A DNA stretch of 63,813 bases, counting the filler, from Octopus bimaculoides (taxonomy: Eukaryota), in NCBI RefSeq assembly GCF_001194135.2. It is 5 parts of 5 records of this genome, joined end to end, with 100 filler letters (N's around TTAATTAATTAA, not from the genome) between each part and the next. Parts side by side here need not be neighbours in the genome. Positions count along the whole stretch, not along the records: positions 1 to 29,696 come from NC_069003.1; positions 29,797 to 56,540 come from NC_069000.1; 3 more parts are not named here. One strand, written 5' to 3'. A model generated the notes under the pieces. That model had not been told where the DNA came from. It saw only the letters and a program-made list of their open reading frames with translations, and searched no databases. This document shows, piece by piece, positions 25,630-38,119 of this stretch (the stretch's first letter is position 1; each line of letters starts with the position of its first letter). A program made the position numbers and the translations under genes.

Positions 25630-26823
25630 TTCAAATAAATGTACAAAGAAAAAAGACAGAGACAGGTGAGGGAAGAACAAACAAATTGTATTAGTTTGAT
25701 GCTCAAGAAAAATGGAAAATTCTTTGATGTTTCAAGCCTATGCTCTTCGACAGAAAGGAACGAGGAAAGAAAACATGTCTGGATTAATAGTTCCCTATGT
25801 CATACATAAATATATATGTTTAACTCAGTACACATATCATTATGCACACTCCCACACCCACACAAGCATATAATACCTTAACACAGACAATATATACATA
25901 CACACGCAACACACATAAACAAAGATAACTTTTACCCACAAACATTACACTACACACATGCACACTATTGGGTCACACACACACACACACACACACACAT
26001 GCACATGTAGACACACCACTTGAAAAAGCACACATCAACTGCTGAACACACATTACACATGCATACACAGACAGACTTACTCGCCCCCATTCATACATAC
26101 ACACACACGCTTGTGCACCTTAGTTCATTGGGATCACCATTATTATTTCCCTTTCATTCAACCCCTTTTTTTTCCCAGTCATCTCATCATGTTGGAAAAA
26201 GTAGGAGAAAACTTTTCAAATATGCATTCATTAAGTGAAAGTGTATCAAAATAAACATTGTTTTCCATCTCACTCTTAGTTTGTTTCACTTTGAACAATA
26301 AAAATTTTATTTTATGGTTTATTGTTGTTTAGCTGTAGAAACTCTGCCAAATCAGATTGGAGCCTGGTGTAGCCATCTGGTTCACCAGTCCTCGATCAAA
26401 TCGTCCAACCCATGCTAGTATGGAAAGCGGACGTTAAACGACGACGATGATGATGATGATAGGGGTACCAAAATCTAAGTGGTCAGGGCCTCTATGGGTC
26501 TTAATCTGGCCTTGTCCATACATAAAGTTGTGTCTTGCTAAAGCCCCTGGCTGTCATGTTGTTATATGCTCATCTGGTTAGGGAATGAAACATTGCTACA
26601 ATTTTCAATTACTACTATCTTTCTATAAGAATTGCAAACGTTTGTAAATATAGGTAAATAACAAAAAAAAAAAAAAAAAATGGATGTTGAATGGAGTCCC
26701 ATCCATAAGGGACATTAGCAGGATGGGTCAAGACAACCGTTGTACAAAATAAAGATTGATACCAAATCCATTTTCTGGTTACTTGAGAAATTATCATTAT
26801 TACATACATAAATATATATATTT

Positions 26824-26946
26824 GTGTATTAAGGCTACCATTGGTTTCATGTCTCTGGAGAAGAACACTAATTTTTCTATGTGATCAGCTTGAAGAATTG
26901 TTTGAGATATCTTTTTAATATGAAACCAATGGTAGCCTTAATACAC
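26824..26946. mobile_element. 123-bp MITE with perfect 27-bp TIRs
   Basis: gtgtattaaggctaccattggtttcat / atgaaaccaatggtagccttaatacac. Confidence 0.75.
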
Positions 26947-27191
26947 ACATAAAAAATCTTTATCCACCAATGTGGCAGTGAACACTCGTTTTCATTGTTT
27001 GATATTCACACACACACACACACATACCTACTCACACACACACACGTATGTGTGTGTATATGGATGCATATACAACCACCAGTTCTTCAACAAAGAATTA
27101 GCCACGATGGCTAAAACAAACTTGATAATATACATGTTCTTACACACACACACACATCATGAATACTGCTGCTAAACTGGATGCAACTTAC

Positions 27192-27317
27192 CAAAGTGAA
27201 AATAACACCAATGACCACCAATAATGATGTCTTCCAGTTCATTATCATCATGAACGTGATGACAAACACTGATAAAAATGCCAAAGACAAGTTCCTTTTG
27301 ATTTCCCATTCCAATAC
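27192..27317 (-). CDS. Patched-domain protein exon (two TM helices)
   Basis: ttctttctag| acceptor, TTG|GTAAGT donor, 126 nt phase 0/0; VLEWEIKRNLSLAFLSVFVITFMMIMNWKTSLLVVIGVIFTL. Confidence 0.9.
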
Positions 27318-27831
27318 CTAGAAAGAACCTCAAAAATAAAACCAAACTTGAATAAATGGACAACAGGAACTGCAGGAGAAGGTACAATACATTGTTCAGG
27401 AAAAATTTGTATTCTTTACATATGATCTCTTTATTATGTTATGTGATGGAGGAGTTTGCTTCCCAGCTGCATGGTTTTCACCTACTAAATCCTTTCACAA
27501 GGCTGGTCAGCTTGGAGCTATAATACAAGGCACTTAACCATGGTGCAATGCAGTGGGATTAAACCCAAAACCACATGGTTGGAAAGCAAAACCTCATAAC
27601 TATATAACCACATCCATTCCTATATTTATCTGCTTTAAAAACATGAAACTCTAGTAGAAAACACTTTTCCAAGTGCTGTGCAGTGGGACTGAACCCAAAA
27701 CCACATGCTTGGAATACAAACATTTTCATCATACAGTCATGCTCATACCTATATTTATGTTTTAAAAACACAGTGGTAAGGTGAAATCTGAAAGGAAGTT
27801 TTTCCATTTGGGTTATCAAAAATCCACTTAC

Positions 27832-27984
27832 CGCATTAATTCGCCACTCAAGATAGTGTTTAGAAAAAACTAAGCAATTTGTCTGATTGAAGTATTTTGC
27901 AACTCGATCCTCCAACTCTTTCATAACGTCCATTCTTTGTGAATTTTTGCTCATCTCTTTTATTCTCATGGACAGTTTAGTCAC
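27832..27984 (-). CDS. Patched-domain protein exon (end of second luminal loop)
   Basis: tttgtttgtag| acceptor, GCG|GTAAGT donor, 153 nt phase 0/0; ...MDVMKELEDRVAKYFNQTNCLVFSKHYLEWRINA. Confidence 0.82.
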
Positions 27985-28903
27985 CTACAAACAAACATTT
28001 AAAAAATTGAAATAGCAATAAAACCTATGAAAGAGATAACTTCTAGAGATAACAGCCAATTCTTGATCAACCAACAAGCTCGAATTTNNNNNNNNNNNNN
28101 NNNNNNNNNNNNNNNNNNNNNNNNNNNNNNNNNNNNNNNNNNNNNNNNNNNNNNNNNNNNNNNNNNNNNNNNNNNNNNNNNNNNNNNNNNNNNNNNNNNN
28201 NNNNNNNNNNNNNNNNNNNNNNNNNNNNNNNNNNNNNNNNNNNNNNNNNNNNNNNNNNNNNNNNNNNNNNNNNNNNNNNNNNNNNNNNNNNNNNNNNNNN
28301 NNNNNNNNNNNNNNNNNNNNNNNNNNNNNNNNNNNNNNNNNNNNNNNNNNNNNNNNNNNNNNNNNNNNNNNNNNNNNNNNNNNNNNNNNNNNNNNNNNNN
28401 NNNNNNNNNNNNNNNNNNNNNNNNNNNNNNNNNNNNNNNNNNNNNNNNNNNNNNNNNNNNNNNNNNNNNNNNNNNNNNNNNNNNNNNNNNNNNNNNNNNN
28501 NNNNNNNNNNNNNNNNNNNNNNNNNNNNNNNNNNNNNNNNNNNNNNNNNNNNNNNNNNNNNNNNNNNNNNNNNNNNNNNNNNNNNNNNNNNNNNNNNNNN
28601 NNNNNNNNNNNNNNNNNNNNNNNNNNNNNNNNNNNNNNNNNNNNNNNNNNNNNNNNNNNNNNNNNNNNNNNNNNNNNNNNNNNNNNNNNNNNNNNNNNNN
28701 NNNNNNNNNNNNNNNNNNNNNNNNNNNNNNNNNNNNNNNNNNNNNNNNNNNNNNNNNNNNNNNNNNNNNNNNNNNCAAAATAATTTGTCTATCGATTTTT
28801 GTAGAATTATTCTCTTTATTTTGGTATTCAAAAAGGAAGAAAAAGAAAAACGAATAAGAAAAAAAGGGGAAAACAGAAAAGAAAGGAAAAAGTCTGTGTT
28901 CGC

Positions 28904-28953
<50 letters not shown>

Positions 28954-28957
28954 GCAG

Positions 28958-28990
<33 letters not shown>

Positions 28991-28999
28991 CTTTCTCTA

Positions 29000-29228
29000 A
29001 TATATTTCCGTTGCCAGTACCGCGTGACTGGCCCTCGTGCCCGTGGCACTTAAAAGCACCCACTACACTGTTGGAGTGATTGGTGTTAGAAAGGGCATCC
29101 AGCTGTAGAAACTCTGCCAGATCTGATTGGAGTCTGGTGCAGCCATCTGGTTCACCAGTCCTCAGTCAAATCGTCCAACCCATGATAGCATGGAAAGTGG
29201 CCGTTAAATGATGATGATGATGATATAC

Positions 29229-29259
<31 letters not shown>

Positions 29260-29697
29260 TATTCATATACATACATATATACATATACATATGTATATAT
29301 ATGCATAAGGATAAACCTCTGTACCTAGCTTTCGTTGACATGGAGAAAACCTTTGACAGGGTCCCCCGATCCCTTATCTGGTGGTCAATGAGGAAACCCC
29401 TTCAGGTAGATGGCCCTGCTCAGTATGTAGAAAAGGAGTAGGTAGTAACTCTATAAGATGTACCCGGTGCAAGCTATGGACACATAAGAGGTGCAGCAAC
29501 ATCAAAGGCAGGTTAACTAGCAAGTTAGTTTTTGTTTGTGGCAGATGTTCAGGTGCAATAAAGACTGTAAACAAACAGGAAACAACTTCTATCTCATTCC
29601 AGGCTGAAAAGCTAGAGGTAGTCGATAGCTTCCACTATCTGGGCGACCAAGTTAGTAGTGGGGGTGGGTGCACTGAAAGTGTAGCTGCTAGAATAAN
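29000..29697 (+). mobile_element. RTE-tail repeat plus RTE RT fragments
   Basis: KPLYLAFVDMEKTFDRVPRSLIWW; WPCSVCRKGVGSNSIRCTRC; FHYLGDQVSSGGG. Confidence 0.8.
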
Positions 29698-29796
29698 NNN
29701 NNNNNNNNNNNNNNNNNNNNNNNNNNNNNNNNNNNNNNNNTTAATTAATTAANNNNNNNNNNNNNNNNNNNNNNNNNNNNNNNNNNNNNNNNNNNN

Positions 29797-31860
29797 TGGT
29801 GGAGATAAATGTGGGATGAAGTGGGCTTGCAAAATAACTCTGTCACTATTCTGCCCCCAGAAAACTTAACTTTTGTGTTCAAAAATTCAATGCTAGTTTT
29901 TGAAAAACTAGATGTAAATTTTATGTCACAAAGTTTTAGTTTAGATAAATAGATTCTCTAGTGTGATGGATTTTCTTAGGTAAGGGGTTTTCAGAGTCTT
30001 ACTCTCATTAGATTCTTGGCTACCTTTTGGGCTTTGCCTGAAATCTTCACTTAAAACATGGAACCTATTGGGTGATAAAATTTGTTCTGAATGTTCATGT
30101 GAGAATTTTTTGTTGTCTTTCTAGGAGTAATCCATTTCAGGGTAGGTGATAGAAAGTGAGTGATTGAAAACCACAGAAGTCACTCACTAAACTGAAACTT
30201 TCACCTGACAATGTCTCTGTCTTGGAGCTTGGACAGAGTTTCTACCCAAGCACTAAGAATTTTGACAAGAATAATCAAGAATAATATTTTTTTGAAAAAA
30301 CTGGTAACGAGGAGTCAGAAAACCCTATGCTTACTGAAAATAAAAATGATGATGATCAAATCTGGCATAACTGGATTGAAAAGAATCCCAATTGGTATCC
30401 AGATAAAGTTCAGGATGGACGTTCACAAGCACTACTGGAGTTTTTTTAATCTTGTCAGAGAGGTATTAGGGAAAGCCTTAAAATAAGTGGAAAGAAGTCC
30501 TGGAATAACCTCACAAATTCTCAACATTACGCACTCTCACACCAAGTTAATAATGATTCTATTGTTATTAAAATAGCAGATAAGGGAGGCACTACTGTAA
30601 TTATGGACAAAAGTGAGTATATTTCAGCTTGTGAAGAAGTGACAAAACTTCATATGAAGAATTGTCTGTTGATCCAAACCCCAATTACAGAGAGGAACTT
30701 GACAAAATCATTTTGGAAATGGAGGAAAACAATTTCATTAATAAGCCAAAACCAGGATTTTACAGTCAGAAAGGACATCTGTATTTTATGGTCTCCCTAA
30801 AATACACAAAAAGTTCAAAAGATTTCCTCCAATGTGCCCAATTTCTAGTGGATATCAATGTTGTACAGCCAAGATTTTGGAATGGCTGGATGGCTTTCTG
30901 TTCCCTGTTGCAAAAAGATCAAGTTCCTATTTTCAGGATACTTTTGATTTTGTGTCTAAAATCAACAACATTTTTAAGCACCAAAGCCATGTCGAAAACT
31001 GTTTTTTGGTAACCATGGATGTTTCTTCCTCATAACTCAGTATTGACCACGATAAAGGGGTAGAAGCATGCATGAATGCCTTTGAAAAACGGTCAAACAA
31101 AAGTTTTCCATCAAATTTTCTCTGTAGGTTATTGAGGTTTCTGTGAGAAAGTAACACAATGAAGGTAGGACAAAAATTTTACCACCAGATGAGGGGTTGC
31201 ACCATAGGTACCCCCATGGCAATTAATTTTGCTAATGTTTTCATGATGAAATTCGAGACACAGTTACTGAAGACATTCAAATCCCTACATGGTTATGATC
31301 CAGTACTCTGGTTATGGCTCATTGATGACATCTTTTTTGTCTGGGAAGGATCACAGGATAGTTTAATTGACTTGTTGCATTTCTGTGACTGTTGGCTTTA
31401 AGTCCAACATAAAATTTATGTCTAGTTTTTCAAAACTACTGTTGAATTTTTAGACACAAAAGTTAAGTTTTCTGGAGGCAGAATAGTGACAGAGTTATTT
31501 TGCAAGCCCACGTCATCCCACATTTACCTCCACCACCGCTCCAATCATCCCCATCATATAATTTTGTCCAATTTGAAGGATAAAACGGATCTGTACTGAC
31601 ATAGAGGATTACTGAAAACACATAGTTACAGTGAATTACAATGAAAGGAAATAGCAAATGACATAGCTAAGATTAGCATAGAAAGTTAAGCGTTAACACA
31701 TAATTTTAGCAAATACAATACAGTATGAGATAGAATTCCTCTAGTGATTAACTGGCACTGAAATTTTGCCAGCATTTCAAAAGTGTTGCATGAAAGTTAC
31801 CAGCATGTGGAAAAACATCCTCATTTCAAACAGATATTTCCTCAGCCATCTATTGTAGGC
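29797..31860 (+). mobile_element. Penelope-like retroelement RT (degenerate) with an inverted related segment at its left end
   Basis: IADKGGTTVIMDKSEY, GLPKIHK, TMDVSSS, GCTIGTPMA, LIDDIFF, KPTSSHIYL motifs; 29797-29930 is an inverted diverged copy of 31405-31540. Confidence 0.8.
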
Positions 31861-32398
31861 AGAATGAAAATATGAGAACAAGCTGGCAAAATCATTAGTG
31901 TATCAGGCAAAATGCTTAGTGGTATTTTGTCTGTCTTTACATTCTGAGTTCAAATGCTGCTGAGGTTGGTTGACTTTGCCTTTCATCCTTTCAGGGCTGA
32001 TGAAACAAGTACCAGTTGAGCATTGGGATCAAGGTAATCAACTTGCCCCCTCCCTCAAAATTCCAATAATTGTCAGCCAGACAAGCCACACTAGACATTG
32101 GTTACATTTCATTTGTAATCAAATCCCATTTAAAATGACTAAAACTGTTGCATCCATTTTAAAATTTTGTAACATCATAAACAAGAAATGATCTTCCATC
32201 AGGTGGTGATCTTGTTTTGTATATAGTCCCTTGATATCGGTGGGGGAACTTCTTAATTTAATTTTATTTTTGTGTATGAAATTTGTTTTCAAACTCCATG
32301 TGTATGAAATTTTGTTTTCGGCCTCTGAGAAAACAGACGAATCAGTCAGGCTTGTTAATGAGTGAGAAAATTCTAACAAAGAAAACAAACTCGCCACT

Positions 32399-32443
<45 letters not shown>

Positions 32444-32739
32444 TCCACCATCACTAGCAATGATAACAATAACTCTATCACCACCACCACTACCAACACC
32501 AAGAGAAACATTTTGGAAGCTAATGAGGTGATATCTTTTGCTATAATTAGTAAATGGTGGATAGAGCATGCTGTTGGCAAATAGTATAAAACCTGTCTTA
32601 TAAGATCAAACTTGCTTAAACATAACAATGCATTAATCACAAAACTAGAAAAGTTAAGAATCTGACCCCAGCACAAGCAAAGAATATGCCTGAAAAATGT
32701 CTGGAGTTGATATGGCATATGAAAAAAGAAAAAGAATTT

Positions 32740-33550
32740 AGCTTGCTGACTGCAATATGCCATACCAAAGAGAAAGCAAAAAAACTGCGTTTCAGGTATG
32801 CTTCTCAGAAGAGCATATTCTCTCCTGTATGGTTAAAGGAGTGAATAGAGTAATCTCTTCAAATATGCCTCAAGAACTGAATATACAGTATCTCGGGATG
32901 ATATTGGAGGAATATGGCAATAAACTCACTATGAAATCAGCTCCGAAAAAGAACTGGTCTGTAGTCTGGGTGGAGGTTGAAATCCTGTTTACTGCAGACA
33001 ATTTCCACAAAATCCCTGACCACATTTACATGAAGGACATAGAACCTATGAAAGTGATGGTAGAGGACAGAGTGCAAAATGTTATGCTTGTAGGAGTACC
33101 ACCCATCAAAAAGCTTTCTGCCCTCAGTTAAAGAAATCAGTTTCCTCCTATACCAGCACCATAATCATATCAACCCCAACTATAAAATCATGTGGAACAG
33201 AGAATACCTATACTAAAACCTAGACAGTATACTCCCTGCTCCCACAGAAGAGTGAACGTTTGAACTTCCTGCTCCCCAAACCAACAACAACTCAAGAAAT
33301 ACCACAAATTTTGACTAGACATCATCATTTCCCACTGATTTCTTGGGGAATGATATGGAGAAAGATCAAGCTGAAACTTGGCAAATAGTCTCCAAAGAAG
33401 GCTGACAAAGAAGAAGTGTACACAACCCCTCTCTGAAGACACAACAAAAACAACAGACACAAAAACCACAACTGAATCCCATTGCCCAACCACTCAAATA
33501 ACATCAGTATCATCAAGAAAACGAACAAATGCAACAAACAAATGAAACAG
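32740..33550 (+). mobile_element. Non-LTR (Tx1/L1-like) ORF1 remnant with CCHC zinc knuckle
   Basis: Frameshifted C-YA-C-RSTT-H-QKAF-C at 33080-33121, following IPDHIYMKDIEPMKVMVE. Confidence 0.6.
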
Positions 33551-33559
33551 CAATAACAA

Positions 33560-36500
33560 CAAAACAACACAAACTGAACATGGAATATTTAAATGTTGTG
33601 CCAGTGTTTGAACCGAAAAGGAATGTGCCTTTTGCAGCATTAAATCAAGTTGAGAAGGAACTAAAAAGATTGGAAGACATGAAGGTAATTGAAAAAGTAG
33701 ACTACTCAGAGTTGGTGGCTCCTACTGTATAAATAAAAAGGAAAAACAACAACTTCTCAACAAGTCTTAATTATTGTTTAAAAAATTATAATTATCGGAC
33801 ACATGAAATCTTTCGAGCGGGATCGTTGCCACTGCCCCTGGACTGGCTCATGCGCGGGCGACACATGAAATCTTTCGAGCGGGATCGTTGCCAGTGCCCC
33901 TGGACTGGCTCATGTGTGGGCAACACATGAATTCTTTCGAGCGAGATCGTTGCCGGTGCCCCTGAACTGGCTCTTGTGCGGGGCCGTCGTAGGATTTTCG
34001 AGTGAGATCGTTGCCAGTGCTCCTGGACTGNNNNNNNNNNATGAGCGTGGCCGTTGCCAGTACCGCCTGACTGGCCTTCGTGCGGGTGACACGTAAAAGC
34101 ACCCACTACACTCTCTGAGTGGTTGGCGTTAGGAAGGTCATCCAGCTGTAGAAACTCTGTCAAATCAGATTGGAGCCTGGTGTAGCCATCTGGTTTAACC
34201 AGTCCTCAGTCAAATCGTCCAACCCATGCTAGCATGGAAAGCGGACGTTAAACGACGACGATGACGACGACGTTTCCAAGGCCAGGAGAAATATTTGCTA
34301 AGTGCAATGGTGGGAAAATTTTTGCTAGCTGGATTTGTCCAATTACTGGTCGATGAGAAATGTGATAAAGTATTAACAATTAATACTCATAAAAGTCTGT
34401 ACCATTTCAAAAGACTGCCAATTGGGGTTAAGGTTGCATCAGCAATATTTCAGCAAGTGATGGACACTCTGCTAGCAGACTGTGAGTTTGTGGTCCCATA
34501 CTTGGATGACATATTGATCAAAAGTGAATTGAGGGACCAGCATATTGAACATATAAAAAAATGTTTTTAAAAGAATAAGTGACTATGGATTTAAAGTAAG
34601 TAGAAATAAATGTGATTTTTTTTTTTTAACAAAAATAAAGTACTTGGGACAGGTGATCAATGAAAATGGACAAAAATCGGACCCTTCTAGAGTCAGCATG
34701 ATAAAAAACATATCTGCTCCTACTAACAAAATAACATTACAAGCATTTTTAGGTCTGGTAAGTTACTACCAGCTGTGCATACCTAAAATGTATGAGCTAA
34801 GAGCTCTGTTGAATAATTTGTCAAAGAAAGTCACAAAGTGGGACTGGACAAACGAATGTCAGAAAGCATTTGAGGAATTAAAAAAGAGGTTAACATCAGA
34901 GTTATCATTAACTCATTTCGATCCAAACCTGAAAATAATTGTGACATCAGATGCCAGTGAATATGTTATAGGAGCTGTGATATTGCATAAATTTAATGAT
35001 GGTAAAATCAAAGATATTGTACATGCATCAAGGGTTCTCCTAGTAGCAGAAAAAATTTACAGCCATATCAAAAAGGAGGCTTTATCATTAATTTTTGCAG
35101 TAAAGAAATTCCATAAATTCCTACACAGTAGGAAGTTTACACTGTAGATGGATCACCAGCCGTTACTGCCTATTTTGGGTTCAAAAAAGAGTATCCCCAC
35201 GCATTCAGCAAACTGTTTGCAAGCGCTGGGGGACTACCCTGTTGAACTATGATTTTCAGATGGAGTTCTTGCTATCAAAGAAAATGGGACACACAGACTG
35301 GTTGTCTAGGCTAATTTCAAAATATAAGGAACCCTTTGAAGACACGGTGATTGCACCATTAAAACTAGAAATGGAACTTAAGAACATTTTGTGCAATGTA
35401 GAATGTGATTTACTGGTAACACTAGAAGAAATTAAATCAAAATCAGAAAAGATATGTTCATAAACAAGATAAAAAATACTGTAGGAAAGTAATATGAAAA
35501 ATAATATAAATGAGTGGAATGCAAGTTCAAAGCGTTATTCAGTATGTGATGATGTATTATTATATGCACAAAGGGAGGTAATACCTGAAGCACTGCAAAA
35601 CGGAATATTGAAAGACTTCCATGTAGGACATCCCGGGATTGCTCGGATGAAAAGCTTCATGAGGAGTTACATGTATTGGCCGAATATGGACAAACAAATT
35701 GAGAGACTAGTAAAACAATGTAGGAGATGTGCTACACCAGCAAAGGTGGCCCCAGTGCAGATACAGCCATGGCCAAAAACGGATTCAGCATGGTCTAGAC
35801 TGCATGTGGACCAATAAATGGCTCTTATTATATCATTGTTGGGGATAGCTATTCAAAATGGCCTGAAGTGTGTAAATGTTCAAGACCAACCACAAATGTG
35901 ACTACTGACTTCTTGGAAGAATTGTTCACTCATGGAGTCAGATAATGGCACACAATTCATAGCAAAGGAGTTCAAAAAATTCTGTAAGTCAGTCCAGATG
36001 AAGCATGTGTTAACTCCGCGATACCATCCAAGGTCAACTGGGTTAGAGGAAAGATTCATTGACACATTCAGGAGAGCCTTAAGAAAGACCAGACGGGAAG
36101 TTTTTGAAGATAGAAATATGACAAATTTCTTACAGGTGTACAGAAAAACACTGAATCCTAATACAGAGTCTAGTAGGTCACCCACAGATTTGATGTTCTC
36201 CAGAAGGATTCATTTTGTGTTTGACAAATTGTTGCCGAGTAAGAAACAGAAAATGAAAAATTTGGGAAGTAGAACAAAACTTTTTAACACAGATGATGAA
36301 ATGTATTTCAAAATGTATAAAAATGGAAAACAGGACTGGGAACAAGGTAATATAACTGGATGTCTGGGTAATATGATGTACATTGTAAAAGGACCAAAAT
36401 ATGAACATAAAAGGCATTTTAACCGATTAAAGAAAAGATATACCAAAAATCAAGAAAGGCAAGATGTGCCAATGGATATATATTATGACATGTTCGAGGT

Positions 36501-36682
36501 TCCAGAACAACAAGTGAAAGCAGAGCCAACACGTAGATCGAACAGGAAAAGAAAACATACGGAAATGATGGAAATTAATACCAAGAGAAGGAGATATGCC
36601 AGTTTCTCACCAAGGAAATGAAATTATGATGAAAATAAAAGAATAAGAAATAAGGACAAAGCCAACCTCAAAAGGGGGGAGA
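33560..36682 (+). mobile_element. Ty3/Gypsy LTR retrotransposon pol (RT-RNaseH-integrase), 5'-truncated and degenerate
   Basis: YLDD at 34499-34510, TSDASEY, GHPGIARMKSFMRSYMYWP, SDNGTQF, RYHPRSTGLEERF; polypurine tract aaaaggggggaga 36670-36682. Confidence 0.9.
33794..34271 (+). mobile_element. RTE-tail repeat with ~60-bp tandem units inserted into Gypsy RT
   Basis: Splits the Gypsy ...NYNY|PFPRP reading; acatgaaatctttcgagcgggatcgttgcc units, (gac)n tail. Confidence 0.8.
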
Positions 36683-36910
36683 TGTTGTGTGAAAGTAGAA
36701 CACCCCTATTTGGTTAGCTTCTAATGGACTGTGTCACAATATCAATGGACATGTGCAGAGAATGTGGTGGGGAGAGAGAGTCGGTGAGCTGTGTAAAGCT
36801 GAGAGTTGCGTATTGTCAAGTGTAATTACAAGTATTGTGTATCTTGAGTAGAATGATTTGCGAGGACATTATTATCCCATTATATTGTACATCGAACGTG
36901 CAATACAACA
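36683..36910 (+). repeat. Gypsy 3' LTR (228 bp)
   Basis: Starts TGTTGT right after the PPT and ends ACAACA; no 5' LTR in window. Confidence 0.75.
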
Positions 36911-37660
36911 GTCTTGTTCTTTAGTACTAGTGGGGGGCAAAGCCTTGAAAACTTACTCAGAAATTTCCAGCTGTCTGACAAGTACTGACTGGATTTCCCT
37001 GACGTACCAGTGTGGACGTGGAGCAACCATAGTAGCACATCCAGATCATATATAAGAGTATTTGTTTGGTTAGCAGATAAGGATAATGTAGGATGTCTAA
37101 CGAATAAACTGGTTGGCCACACAGATCACAAATCTACTCAGTAGATTTTGATAGGACCCATAGACAGAAACCCAATTACTGGAAGTTGAACATGTTCTTA
37201 CTGACACACACAAACTACAGGGGCCAGATTAGTAAATTAGTTAAGCTGCAGCTGACAGGAGCAATTGTCAATAACTGGTGGGGAGTCGTCCAAAAGAGAG
37301 CAATTAGAGTAGAATTGATAACATTTAGCAAAGAGCTAGCAATAGAAAGAAATAGATTAGAGGGAGAACTAGTTAGCAGTCTAGAAGCAATTAGTAAAGG
37401 CATTGTTGGTGATCTTCTAATGGCAAGAATGGCCCTTGACCATTTCTTCATGGCAAAACATGAAGGCTGCATTGTCAGAGCTAATGCTTGTGTGCTCAAA
37501 GACAAGGGAACTAAAGCAGTCTGATAGCCTTGAACAATGGAGCCATAACATGGCAATGAAACCAAAATCAGGTCTTTGATGGACACAAGCTACACAATTC
37601 CAAACAGATGTGTTCTGTTTTCTAGTAGCATTTCACATTGCTGTTTGGGGAGGGCGATGG
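36911..37660 (+). mobile_element. Tx1/L1-like ORF2 fragment (endonuclease end and linker)
   Basis: GHTDHK...KPNYWKLN, WWGVV.KRAIRVELITFSK. Confidence 0.6.
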
Positions 37661-38119
37661 ACAGACTGCTGGTAGTAGACATGAGATTCTGTGAAAAGCC
37701 AATAACCGATGCTGGTGTGATTACGTCCCCGTAACTTAGCGGTTCAGCAAAAGAGACAGATAGAATAAGTACTAGGCTTTCAAAGAATAAGTCCTGGGGT
37801 CGATTTCTTCGACTAAAGGTGGTGCTCCGGCATGGCCACAGTCAAATGACTAAAACAAGTAAAAGAGAGTAAAGTGTATATCATAGTCCCATGCATTGTT
37901 TACGTTTTTTTCTTTATATACTTCTGCTGTGGTAATGTGTTTAGCAGTAATTATGCTCCATAGATGAAGAAATTTTTTGGTTTCCTGAAATGATTTACTT
38001 CAAAAAATAATTTTCTTTAATTTTTCTGTGGTTTCTTAAATCCTGTTTGGTGATGAACTCAGATTTAATCTTTCCTTGTAGGGATCTCTTTGTTTCACGT
38101 CCATGATGTTCGATTATTA

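Noticed and set aside
2763-29063. Long ORF-track entries containing runs of X (e.g. 2763-3327, 10492-11314, 21957-22612, 27999-29063)
   Set aside because: They are open only because they cross N gaps and (TA)n tracts. The exception is 20590-21102, whose 5' part is a real exon.
32119-32340. Minus-strand open frame after a tctgttttctcag acceptor as the next Patched-like exon
   Set aside because: No convincing donor and no family motif; contains a local duplication and adjoins low-complexity repeats.
33794-34060. Regular ~60-bp repeats that superficially resemble a CRISPR array (also 19590-19860, 3770-4000)
   Set aside because: No unique spacers, no cas genes, eukaryotic context; part of the RTE-tail repeat.
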